Translations under genes and position numbers: made by a program | Shown here: piece by piece, positions 1 through 12,139 of the stretch | Layout: each line of letters opens with the position of its first letter | Position numbering within the stretch: position 1 is the stretch's first letter | Origin: Sminthopsis crassicaudata | Lineage: Eukaryota | Direction: 5' to 3' | Assembly: GCF_048593235.1 (NCBI RefSeq) | Contig: NC_133617.1 | Span: 258,190,937-258,254,936 of the forward strand | Length of the DNA: 64,000 nt | Notes under the pieces: generated by a model | What the model saw: only the letters and a program-made list of their open reading frames with translations | The model's database searches: none | Told to the model about the DNA's origin: nothing

Positions 1-1420
1 ATGTCATCAAAATGTAATATAGGCAACCTGTACAAAAAAAAAAAAAAATAGTTGAAGAATTTGGAAAACAGAAAACAAGACTGGAACAAGAGTAATTCAG
101 TTATCCAGAGATCCTCTCTTTACAAAAAGTAGGGCATCAATCAAAAGCTTACATACTGTTATGCCTTAATAATTTTTCCTTCAAAAGGTAAAGACATAGC
201 AGTGCCACTACTAGGTATGTATCCCTAAGAGACCATAAAAGAAGGAAAAGGATCCACATTTGGAAAAAACCAAACAAAAAACAAAGCTGTTCATAGCAGC
301 TCTCTTTGTGGTGGCAAGGAATTAGAAATTGAGTGCATACCAATCAATTGGGGAATGGATGAATAAGTTATGGTACATGAATGTAATGAAATCCTATTGT
401 TCTATAAGAAAAGATGAACAGGCTGGTTTCAGAAAAGCCTAGAAAGGACTGATACTGAGAGAAGTGAGCAAATCCAGGAAAACAATATACACAGTAATAA
501 CAAGACTGTGTGATGATCAACTATGACAGATTTATAGCTTTTCTCAGAAAGTGATCCAATGATTTCAGAAAGGCCTGGAGAGACTTACATGAACTGACGC
601 TGAGTGAAATGAGCAAGACCAGGACATCATTATACACTTCAACAATACTATAGGATGATCAGTTCTGATGGGCATGGCTCTCTTTAACAATGAGATGAAC
701 CAAATCAGTTCTAATAGAGTAGTAATGAACTGAACCAGCTACACCCAGGGAAAGAACTCTGGGAGAGGACTATGAACCACTACATAGAATTCCCAATCCC
801 TCTAATTTTGTCCGTCTACATTTTTTATTTCCTTCACAGGCTATTGTACACTATTTCAAAGTCCGATTCTTTTTGTACAGCAAAATAACTGTATGGATAT
901 GTATACATATATTGTATATATTGTAAACATACTTTAACCTGTATTGGTCAATCTGCCATCTGGGGGAGGGGGTGGGGAGGAGGGGAAAAATTGGAACAAA
1001 AGGTTTTGCAATTTTCAATGCTGAAAAATTACCCATGCATATATCTCGCAAATAAAAAGTGATAATAATAATAATAATAATAATAATGTGATCAAAAACA
1101 ATTCCAATAGATTGTGGATGTCATATATATCCAAAGAACAATGGAAATTGAATATGCATCCAAAGCACCTTATTCTCACTTTTTTTTTTTTGTTTTTTTC
1201 TCATCATTTTCCCTTTTTGTACTGATTCTTCTTTCCCAACATGACTAATACGGAAAAGTTTAAAATGATTATACATGTATAATTTCTATCAAATTTCTTG
1301 CTACCTTGTAGTGGGAAGAGTTAAGGAAGGAAAAAAAATTTGGAACTCAAAATGCTACAAAAATACTGAAAATCAACTTTACACATAATTTTTAAAATAT
1401 GACATTAAAATCTTTTTTAA
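1..1420 (+). mobile_element. Nested L1 3' fragments (younger copy ~559-1062 inside an older one)
   Basis: ORF2 C-terminal/3'UTR motifs (tcatagcagctctctttgtggtggcaagg; ggagagacttacatgaactg), purine-rich 3'UTR and an (AAT)n tail. Confidence 0.8.
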
Positions 1421-1899
1421 AAAATTAAGGAAACAACAATGGCAAATTTTATTTTGGATCCCTTTTTCATGAATAAACAGGGACTGGTAGTTGGGGTGGA
1501 ATGGCAAGTTTTGGGTATAACACCCAAACTGAGGCATATGGTTTAAGAAATTTGGGCATGGTTTGAGATGAATCTTAGATTTTAAGAATTTTCAAAGACA
1601 TCAGGGCAAAGAGGAATGGTAAGGAATGGAATTCAAATCATAAAAAGGGAAAAAATTCCAAATGAGGAAGGAAAATAGATATGGATATCCAGGGAACATA
1701 CCAAGCAAAATTTATAAAAGTACAGAAACTGGAAATAAAGCCAGGTCAAAGATGAATGCAAGAATGTGACATAGTCTTTTGCAAAAAAAAAAAAATAAAT
1801 ATTGATGTGCTAATGCCCAGAATAAGCTCAAGCTAGAGAAGGAAGCCAAGATCTTTTATCTATTTGTTTTGCTTTACTTTATTTTTCAGGTGCACTAGG

Positions 1900-3030
1900 A
1901 GAGTATCAAAGAAGGCATAGTACTTTGCTCGGGGGTACATGGGACAATGAAAACAACAGAAAGCAAAGATGCACAATACTTCTATTGGTTTTCTCTTTTA
2001 AAATGGCTTTTATACCATAAAAGAGGGAAGAAAGCTTATACACAAGGAAGGCACCTGTCTTTAATGAATTCAAGTTAACTTGGCCCAGATCAACAACATC
2101 CTTGAATCCTGAAAGAACTGCCCCGACTGATACTGGAAACACAGAGGTACTTTACTGGAAAAGGGTAAAAGTCTAGCTTTTCAAAAAAGGGAAGAGAACT
2201 CTATAATAGGTCAGTGAGCTGAATTTCAATTACTGGGGCAATTCTAAAACAAATTACTTATGGAATGGATAACAAATATCTAGAAAGTAGCAGTGATAGT
2301 GAGTCAGCATAACTTTCATATAGTCATTTCCTTTGTTAATAGATTTCCTAAACTAGATGAACCTGTGGACCTAGTTTTCTTAGGTTTTAGCAAAGCCTTT
2401 AAATTATTTCAAAATTCTTGTAAAGATGGGAAAGATATCAATTATCATACAATCAGATGGATTTACAGCTGAAATCAAGATTTTTAAAATTGGTGTCAAT
2501 AAGGCAAAAGGTCTCTTGTGGTGTGTCCCATATAGAACTATACTTGAGTCTGTATAGAGTCAGCATTTTTATTTGTGACTAGGATAAAGCTGGGATTGAA
2601 AAGTAACATAATGGACGATAAAATTAGGAACCAAAAGGATCTTGAAAGGCTAGAGCACTCAGCTAAGACAATAAAATGGTTATGTACTCAGGTGTAAAAA
2701 AATCAGCTCCACCAACATAAATTGGAGAAAACATGGATCTAACTTCAAATTCAACACAACTACCTTCATTTTAAGAAGAAATAAAAGTCCCACAGGACTT
2801 TGTGAAGTGACTGAAGTAAAATATACAGAATTGTTGGCCGTGTTAACATTGAAATACAGGTCAGCAGAAGAAATTCTACATATCTTTTCAGGAAAGTGAG
2901 TTACAATTTCTAAAAGGAACTTCATATTAGTCAATTATAAAGGCTTTTTAAGAGGGATCATTAAATTCCCAAGTTATGTAAATTCTCAATAGTAATATTG
3001 AAAGGTTTGCGCTTTGCTGAATTTGGCATA
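1900..3030 (+). mobile_element. Degraded CR1/L3-type LINE RT fragment
   Basis: Resembles CR1 RT motifs (gtggacctagttttctaggttttagcaaagcc; ggtctcttgtggtgtgtccc; cagcatttttatttgtgac). Boundaries approximate. Confidence 0.5.
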
Positions 3031-3206
3031 TGAAAGCAATGCCCTTATATGCCCCTAAATGAGAAGTATCTTGCTATCACAGAAATACTCTCCCCTAACC
3101 TAAAATTCCTGCGTGACACTGAAAAGATTTTTTCATTATTTTATTCATTGAAAATTGAACTTTATTCCATTCTTCATTCAGTCCTCTAAACTGACATAAT
3201 TTAAAG

Positions 3207-3420
3207 CAGAGACGTCCAATTGGCACAATGGATAGAGCTGGATCCATAGTCAGGAAGCACTCAGTTCAAATTTGATCTCAAGTACCTTACTTCTGTCTGC
3301 CTCAATTTCCTTACCTTTAATATAATAGCACCTACTTTGCCGGATTATTAAGGGTTATTGTTAAGAATCAAATGAAGTATTTGTTGGCACAGAAAAGGGG
3401 GTTTATAAATGCTTACTCCA
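3207..3420 (+). mobile_element. Old CORE-SINE (MIR/Mar-like)
   Basis: tRNA-like head, tctgtctgcctcaatttcc core, taatagcacctac tail. Confidence 0.65.
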
Positions 3421-5134
3421 TTCTCAGTATTTTGAAGCCTATTGGTCTGAACCCGTTTCAAAAATAAGTACTTTTATGTTTTCCATGCAGGCAGTAAGAG
3501 CGCAGGCTTCAGATTTAGGATTATTTGGATATAAGGCTCATCTGAAATCAATTGTGTCTCCTTGGACAAGTCATTTAATCTTTTATGTGACTGGCAGCTC
3601 CATTTTATTTGCTATATCATTTTGGACTGCATTGTTGGAAAGACTTTTCCACTTCAGATTTCCCTGTGTTGCCAAAATGACAGATTCTTGTGGTACTCAT
3701 ATAAATCTTTCAAAATCAGAGAATAATGTTACGTATGGTTTTCTTTGACACAAATGCAGGCTTAAAAAATGATTTATAACTCAAACCATTACAAACTAAT
3801 TTTGAGATCAGATCATACATAACAGTTTAGGAGTGAACTTGAGTAGTTGTAGTTGGTAGTCATTTTCCAGGTTATTTCCCATTCATTTCTATCTCTTCAT
3901 TCCCCTCTCTAGTGTCTATAAATTTAAATTGTTGGCAACTAAAGAAGTCATTTAGCTTCACTGCTGGGGATTCAAAGACAGTCTGATGTGACAGGAATGC
4001 TAGGGATTTGTCAGTTACTTATTTCATTTTGGATGAGACATTCCACCAGAGACATTTCCTTTATTTGCCAAAAAAAAAAAAAAAGAGAGGTTAGAAGAGA
4101 TCTACCTGTATCTCAGTAGGAAACATAGACTAACAAATTTTGACTTGGACTGTAGAGATAGATGTTTTGTTATGTTACTTGAAAACAGAAATTAACAGTA
4201 CTTCAATTGTAATATTCCACATTCTCGTTCCTAAACATTTTCAATAGTTTTCAATATTTATTTTTATAAGATTTCATGTTCCAAATTTTTTCTACCTTAA
4301 TGTCCCTTATCCCAAGACAATAAGCCATCTGATATAGTTCATACATGTGCTTTTAGTGAAACCAACCTAATACATCTCAGGTGGTTAGGATTCTTTAAAT
4401 TTAAATAAAGTTGTGCTTTGTAAATTTTAAATAATTTGTTTTGAAATAAATTCTCAAGATCTAAACTGTAATTGATATGGATATTATTGACAATAATCTG
4501 ATATAACAAGTGACATAAGATTTTATGAAGGACATGAACAAAGGGGCATGTATATCATCCCAAAAAGAGAAGTAGAGAACCAGAATGTTGAATTAGCATG
4601 CTTGGTAGACCTTAAATGGAAAATTTATTGAAAGGTACAATCTAGAACTACACAGGATTAAAAATGTGTAGAATGAACTACAGTCTACAGAAGTACACTG
4701 AACATTCAAAATATTCTTTCTTTAATCCAAAAGCAGAAAATTCAAATTTTCAACTTAATGTGACACGGGCAAAACTGATGAACTTTGATAACAATTTTCT
4801 GTGGTTAACTGAGAAGAAATTAAACATTAAAAAGATTAATTCACTAATATTAAAAGGATGGGTCTGCTTGCCATACTAACAAACTTTTGGTACCACACCA
4901 CCAACTCTACGAATGTCTTATTCTTTCAAGATATGTATATGTGACACTGCAACTGCCCGTCTGGTAACTTTTTACAAATACAATCAAATTTAGCTTATTT
5001 TTGTGCTTTCCTTTGCCTTAAGGAGGAAAAAATCTTCACTAAATTTTATTTCTCATATGAAGACAGATGCATTATAAAACCATTTGTGAGTGTTTTCTTT
5101 TGTACTAAAAAGCCATGGACAGATTGAATAGAAA

Positions 5135-6507
5135 CATTTCAAATCATTCATTCATTTATTAATGTTGTCAAACTCAGGATTTTTTTTTCACACTGTTGTA
5201 TTTATTCCATTTATTTTCTGTTCTATTAGACACACATCTTAAAAAAAATTAACTCTTTTGTGAAGAAATACTGTTAAATATTATATGCAAATGAGTAACT
5301 TCATTATTGTCCTATAGCAACATAACGGAAATACTATCCTCTCTAACTCAAAAACTCATTGAAATGCCTCTGCTTAACAGTTGCTTCTTTGAGAAAAGGG
5401 AGTTTGCCACGATTCATTTCTATTTCTTGGGAAAACACTGCTCTATCCTGTAAAATAAATTAAAGAATACTATTTCTGTAACACAGATGTCTTTCTGTGC
5501 TATAATGATACAGAAAAATCTTGTCACACTCTCTAGCATTCACTCAAATGTATTAAAAAACTTACCATTTTCTTTAAAAGGCACACACATTTACAGGTTC
5601 AAATCTTTATTGTTTTAAAATTCTACATGTCTTTTACAATACAATAATTTGTTACTTAAATGACTTTCATATGGTTAATATACAATGAGTGTTTTTTTTC
5701 CTGAACTCAACCATGAATTACAATTTCATCAATATGATTTTTCTAAATAGATTAATACAAGACTTCTGTGTTATTGGGAAGGTTCATGTGCTTACATTTA
5801 AAACTGTCAATGGCACAGATTCTTCCCTTCAGAATCTATATGATCAATCCATCGAAAGTGCTTTGAAGATTGCTGATTACCTGTGGCTGATCTTAAAATC
5901 AGTCAATCCAATTGTAGGGTTCTTTTTTTTTTCTTTCTTTCTTGAAACATCAAAGGGCATTTAAAAAAAATAATGAAACAAGTTGTGGTAGTTATCTACA
6001 GAGGCAAACTCATGTTTTAAGAAAATTATATGATTATCTGCATGCAATGACACTCCTCTTTTAAATAGTTTTGAAGAATTTATATATATTATAAAGAATG
6101 TGTTAAAGAGAACAAGTATCCTGATAACCATTTCACAAAAGGACAAATGCTGGTAATAATGGTAACTAACACTTAACATCTAAGTTCGAGCTAATGTATA
6201 TTTAACAGGCAATTAATATGGCTAATTTGTAAGCCACAATGTATAGGATATGCCCTTTGAGAAAATGAACTAATTTGGTCCGCATTTCTAGAGTCATCTG
6301 GGTAAAAAATTGTAATTCAGCCAAGGGATATGATGAATTTCTTGTTTCTAAAATGTAATTTGTTAAAAAATAAATGTTGTACATCAATGAAGTATATTGT
6401 CATATTGACTTCTGTATAAAAAAGATGGCCTATTTTTGGAGTGATGGATGAACACTGTAGGACAAGGTAGAGAAAATATGACAAAATGAAATTTCCTGTG
6501 AGGGTTA
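5135..6507 (-). other. RB1CC1: RB1CC1 3'UTR (3' end approximate)
   Basis: TE-free AT-rich sequence after the stop, down to an AATAAA at 5155-5160 followed by TGTTTCT. Confidence 0.6.
5155..5160 (-). terminator. Candidate polyadenylation signal
   Basis: AATAAA with a downstream GU/U-rich element. Other AATAAA hexamers occur nearby (5045-5050, ~5192, ~5606), so the site used is uncertain. Confidence 0.5.
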
Positions 6508-6585
6508 TTATACTTTCTTATTCCACGGCACAGCTTTAACTCTGTAAAATTTGGTACCCAAAGGAACTTTAAATCTGTTTTGTGC
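6508..6585 (-). CDS. RB1CC1: RB1CC1 exon 24, coding part (stop codon)
   Basis: AQNRFKVPLGTKFYRVKAVPWNKKV* ending TAA, followed by a second TAA. The summed CDS is 4785 nt. Confidence 0.97.
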   Translation of the reverse strand, partial: AQNRFKVPLGTKFYRVKAVPWNKKV

Positions 6586-6767
6586 CTAAAAGAGAGAGAA
6601 GAAATATTTTATCATGTTACTTGTTGAAGCTAAGGTAAGACAATATTATAAGAGTTATTTCTACACATAATTGAAGAATTATATACTACTACTAGTTCTA
6701 CAATAATTACAGAGAATTAGAGTGAGTCTTCAGTAGCAACAATGATGCTATTAAAAATGAGACATAT

Positions 6768-6922
6768 GGGGGCAGCTAGGTGGCACACTAGAGATAGCAC
6801 CAGCCCTGAAGTCAGGAGGACCTGAGTTAAAATCTGGCCTCAGACACTTAACACTTCCTAGCCGAGTGACCCTGGGTAAGTCACTTAACCCCAATTGATT
6901 CAGAAAAAAGAATAAGGTAGAC
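6768..6922 (+). mobile_element. WSINE1-like CORE-SINE
   Basis: ggggcagctaggtggcac...aaccccaattg; target-site duplication (TSD) agacatat (6760-6767 / 6923-6930). Confidence 0.88.
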
Positions 6923-7320
6923 AGACATATACATGCATACTAATTATAAATTATTGACAATGAACCTGGTTTATTTTAAATCATGAAATAATTTTCCTGC
7001 ATCTTCACTACAGAGATTTGATAGACAAATATAATTTATGGATCTACTCTTCATAAACTACTGACTTAATAGGAACAAAACAAGAAATAATTTTTTAACA
7101 GGTATCATCTGTCTATCCCACTTATGGCAAATGGTACACACCTATTAAAGATTATTTTCTAGGATTAATCAGAATTACAATCAAAGGGTTTATTTTATTT
7201 TCTTGGACCTCACTGGAATCATGCTTTAATTGGATGGGAAGTGACCATTACGATTTCTACAAAAAGCATTTTCTTTACCAACTCTATGCGTTTTATAACA
7301 CATCCTATATTTTGTTTTAC

Positions 7321-7391
7321 CTTTTTGGCTTGACAATATTCCTTTTCCATTACTTTTCCAAGTACCCACGGTCTTCTAGATGTACCTGAAG
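7321..7391 (-). CDS. RB1CC1: RB1CC1 exon 23 (Claw domain)
   Basis: (A)SGTSRRPWVLGKVMEKEYCQAKK; 71 nt; tag| and |gtaaaa. Second in-frame AG 6 nt downstream. Confidence 0.94.
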
Positions 7392-7781
7392 CTAATAAGT
7401 TATAGCATTAATTTTATTTTAAAAATAAGATCTCTTATAAAGCACTTTTATAACACTTGTTCTTTAAAAAGAAAAAAATTAAAATCCTTAAATTATTAAT
7501 TTGTAATATGAAACAATAAAAATACTTGTGGACAATGCTTTTAACCCTTACCACCTCTCATAGTAAGGTGTAACTTGAATGGACTATGGAATACTTTAAA
7601 ATCAATATAGAAGCGTCTGAAAACCTACATCAAAGAATTCCACAATGGCATAAGAGTGCCACCTACTGACTAATCAAGATTTTATCTGGGGGAAAAAAAA
7701 ACAGACAAGATGCCGTCAGATTACCAGGTGCAGCAAATAAAAGTATTTTTACGGTAAAAAGGTCCAAATTAAGTGGAGAAG

Positions 7782-8208
7782 TGTAAAGATCCGGAATTGT
7801 AAAGGTTCGGTCGTCTCTAAGTTATCCTTGGGGACTGCCATCTCAACTCAATCTCCCAGCCAGAGTCTCTCCTTCCAGACAGCTGGCCCAACTCTGTCCC
7901 AGACTCCACTACTCTCCAGACCCAATGCTGCCCTCTTTTACACTCACAAAGATTGTAGTGAGAACTCAATGGGGCCTGTGAGAACTTCTACAGCCAATGA
8001 ACTTCCTTCTTTTAAAGGGACATGTGAGAACTAAGGGGCTTGTAGGAAAATACTTCAACCAATGAACTTGCTCCTCTTAAAGGTTGTGTGAACTCCTTTT
8101 CAGAATTCCAAAGGTGTAAACTCCCTTCAAGGCCTGAACCAAAGGTGTGAATTCTGAGCTAGAGAATTGTTTAGACAACCTGAGTTATCACCTTGTAATT
8201 CTAACACA
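7782..8208. mobile_element. Solo ERV LTR (ERV1-like)
   Basis: TGT...ACA termini, 4-bp TSD gaag (7778-7781 / 8209-8212), duplicated ccaatgaactt enhancer-like units. Confidence 0.7.
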
Positions 8209-10735
8209 GAAGGGCAGAATTCTCCTCAATTCTCAAAGCTACCACTTTTTTGAGTAAGTGATAGATGACAGTGACAGGGGCACTAACTTGTTAGATAATG
8301 ATTTTGAACTTTTAAGATGAATGAACAACTTTATAAACAGGAACATGATTATTATGAAGGGTTGTTATAGAAAGATAATTACATTATCTTGTATAAAAAC
8401 ATTTACATTACAAGTAAATAGAAATTGCTGAGAAGCAAGTTTGGGCTTGCTGTCAGGGAAAATTTCCTGATAATTAAAAAGCTGTCCTAAAGAAGAATGG
8501 GCTACCTAGAACAATGGTGAGGTCTCTATTTCTGGGTATGTTATGGTGAAAAAATTTTCTTTACTATATGAGCTGAACTAGGATATTTACTGAAGTCCCT
8601 TTTCAATTCTCAAATTCTGTGAAATTTAATGGTTCTGATGATTACTACTCCACCTAATCCTAACAAGTGGAATGCTCTTCCCCACCATCTTTAAAAACAA
8701 ACAGATACTCACATTATAAATTAATAATTTTTTTCTTTTTACAGATAGTGATTTCAGCACAATAATGTATCCCATGATGCATACCTTATTAGATAACCCA
8801 TTAACCCAGAGAGGAGATATTTAAAATTGATTTTATCTCTTCATATTTTATCTGTAAAATGTATATAAGGTTAAGGCAAACTTAAAAGACCTTAAAGATG
8901 ATCTAGTCTAAATCTCTTTGTTTTAAAGAAGGCACAGAGGCCCTAAGAAGTGAAGTTATTTGCCCATAGCTAGTTAGTATATAGATCTCCCCTTGCTACT
9001 GCCCCAGTTTTTCTTCAATCCATGCATGGAAGTCAAATTGAAAATTAAAATCTAGACAAAAGCCCTGTGGACTCAGAAATGCTGCCTAATTTCCCTCATT
9101 TCTCTAAACCCCTTTGCTCAGTGGAGGAACAGCTCAGTATGAGAGCTCTCTGGATTGATGTAGCTATCTACCAACTTGAGTTATACTACATGGAAGCTGA
9201 AAATAATAGCTTAGGATTAAGGCTGGAGACTGCATCTGAAATTTCATTGGTATAAATACCAAATGAAGAAACTCCTTGTATTAATGCTAGTCAGTACTTT
9301 CTCAACCTGACTTGCCCAGGTAGCAAGTAGTTGTAGAATAGATTTTAAGTTGAGTACAGCAATGAACTCTTGGATAGAATGTGAACACAAGTCTTCCAGT
9401 CCTTTATCTACCAGGATAGCCCAGATCTATCCATGATATTACAATGGCCTAGAAATCTTCCCTAAGAAAGATTACAAGTTCTTCGAATAGTGAGAATTAT
9501 GGACTACAGAAAATATCAGAGGAGTGACTCCTGAGTAGCCATATGGGAGGCTATGAATATGAAAAACTTAATGACTATTTTTTTTCTCAATTTTACTACT
9601 TAGGAAAAGTTAGATTTACATGATTTAACATTTATACATTACAGACAAAAGAAAACAACCAGGACATCTTTGAAAGTTACATGCTGGAATTATTTTATAT
9701 ATGCTTACTTATTTAAAAGCACATATAAGAGTGCTCTTACATATAAAGAGACTTTTAGTTTTGTGAGTAATCCTTTTTTTCTGTTCTATTATATGTATTT
9801 GGAAATGCTCATCTATTTAGTGTATAAGTTCATAAAAAGAGAGCATAGCATGTATAATTCTTGGAATGTATAATATATATGACTCTGCTTGTTCTTCATT
9901 TTCGAAGACCACAATTATCAGGGAGATGAGGCAGAGTTGTGCAAAGTTAGCAGTCTCATTCTCTGGGAGTCATTTATATGTATGTACAAGGCTGAATCGG
10001 GCAACTCAAATCTAAATGATGATTATCTGATACAATTAAAAAATGTCTTCATCAGGGTCAAGGAAGAGAGTACTTTAATACAGACATACACACATACAGT
10101 CCTTCAAAAAGCCTGTATTTGAGGTCTCTCTCATTTGTTAGATAATTAAGGTTGACTGGCACAGGCGTTTTAAGAATATAGTTACTTCTACATTAAGATG
10201 AAGCACTGAAATAGGTCTCAGTTAATCAAATATGCTGGTTAAAAGTTACAAAATAGTATCATCACAACTGTTAAAAATTGTCAAACAATGTACTACAGTA
10301 TTCTAAACAGTAGCAATATTTGTTCATATTATTTCTCATTTTATAACTGAGGAAATTGGTGCCCAGAAAAGTTAAATAACATATTCAGGATTACATAGAG
10401 TCCAAAGTATGACAAGAATTTATGGGTTCTAACTCCTAAGTTCTAGGCTTCTTCTATTTCATATTTTTCTTTGAAGACTGGATTTGACAAGTTTCCTAAA
10501 GGACATCTCAGTGGCAATATCTTGGCACAATACACTTTCAAGAAATATTTGTCAGCTGTTCATTTTGAATACAGATTTATTAAGCAAGACATTTTTTGGG
10601 GGGGGGGGTAAATATTTGTACTACAGTGAATTAGTATACTTAAATTCTGGGACTTTTAGATCTCTAACAATTCTAAAAAAGTGACTGTCTTTAATAAAAC
10701 AGAAACTGATAATTAGTTTAAAATGAGACACTTAC

Positions 10736-10872
10736 CACACTCACCTGGTTTGAGGTCCAATGCAGTAAGAGACTCTGAATGCAGGAAGTATAAAGTTGGG
10801 CTAACAGTAAATAATACATAATTGTCATGACGTTCATCCAAGATAATGAGAACCAAATCTCCAACCTGAAAA
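10736..10872 (-). CDS. RB1CC1: RB1CC1 exon 22 (Claw/Atg11-type domain); alternative donor at 10745
   Basis: (D)FQVGDLVLIILDERHDNYVLFTVSPTLYFLHSESLTALDLKPGEC(A); 137 nt, or 128 nt with the upstream CAG|gtgagt donor. Confidence 0.95.
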
Positions 10873-10970
10873 CTAAATAAAAGTAGTAGAGTTTTACTAT
10901 ACACTTCATGGTGGTTGATGACCACATTGTGAAAGCTTAACTAATTTTTGGATTTTAAGATAAATTTTTT

Positions 10971-11200
10971 GTTGTTATTCAATTGTTCTTGACACTTGTG
11001 GGATACTATGGACCATACTGTCCAAGAGATTTTCTTGACAGGGATACTGGAGTAGTAGTTTGTCATTTCTAGTGAATTAAGGCAAATAAAGTTGAGTGAC
11101 TTGTCCAGGGTCACACAGCTATTAAGTGTCTTGAGTGTAAATTTGAACTAAAGTCTTCCTAACTTCAGGTATAGAGCTATTATCTATTGAGCCACCTATC
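10971..11200 (-). mobile_element. CORE-SINE with RTE-derived tail (Mar/WALLSI-like)
   Basis: ggaccatactgtcca...gatactggagt...gtgacttgtccagggtcacacagc in reverse orientation. Confidence 0.7.
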
Positions 11201-12080
11201 AAAACAAAATTAAGACTTTAAAAAGATACCACTCATTTAACTCTTGCATTTAAGAAATCAACAAAGTAGGATCTATAGAGGTGAAATGACTTGTCTAATG
11301 CTATATAATCACTAAGAGGAAATTATATTTGAGTCCAAATCCTCTGACAATAAATATAACATTCTTTCTATTGTATCAAATCACATAAGTAAATATATCC
11401 TCAAATATGACTACATATATCCTCAAAAATCCATTTAAAATAGAAGTCACATACTCTGAAAGCTCTTTTTATTTAAGAAAATTAGCATAAAGCAAGACAC
11501 ATACTTTGTATTTAATAACTATTTGATTCTGAGAAAACTGTTATGATTTTATAAACATTTTTCTGATATTTTATTCCTAGCTATTTATCTATAAGTAAAC
11601 ATGGTATTTTTAAAAAAATCAACTTTTAAAAACATATAGTAGTTTTAATGATTATGATGATTCCATTAGCAGTTCACTAGAATTTGACCTTTCCATAAAA
11701 CAAAGTGCCAGTAAAACTTTTTTCTCTCCTTTTAAAATATTTTATCCTAGGTATATACAAATGGTGAGAAAGAAAGTTATGATACAATTTTTTTCAAAGT
11801 GACACAATCTAGATATAAAGTGTTGCTTAAGGAAAAGAAGTGGAAGAAAGGATGGCTTACTTATCTATACTTACCTATAACCTGACTAAAACAGTGATTT
11901 ATAAATCATATCTTAAAAAGCAAAGCTGGATAATCACTTTTTGAATAGCAAAGGCAACAACTTTTCAAGTCCCCTCTAATTTGAAATTCTATGACTTTTC
12001 TAACAAGTTAGCACTTTTAAGAGATTTTACTTGCTAATAGGTTACATACATAAAAGAATCTCCCAAAAGTAAGTACTTAC

Positions 12081-12139
12081 TCTCTAATAGCTATTTTTTC
12101 AGAATGCCTTGAAGAAACTGAAGACATGCTTTGAGACAT
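12081..12139 (-). CDS. RB1CC1: RB1CC1 exon 21
   Basis: MSQSMSSVSSRHSEKIAIR(D); 59 nt; cag| and |gtaagt. Confidence 0.96.

Noticed and set aside
1890-2164. Plus-strand exon-like segment (tttttcag|...|gtaaaa)
   Set aside because: It lies in a decayed CR1-like relic, and I found no partner exons.
9243-9267. Short hairpin ttcattggta / taccaaatgaa
   Set aside because: 10-bp imperfect AT-rich stem within a probable SINE fragment; expected by chance.
10866-10872. Alternative acceptor TTTCAG|G 7 nt inside exon 22
   Set aside because: Out of frame, with no supporting evidence.
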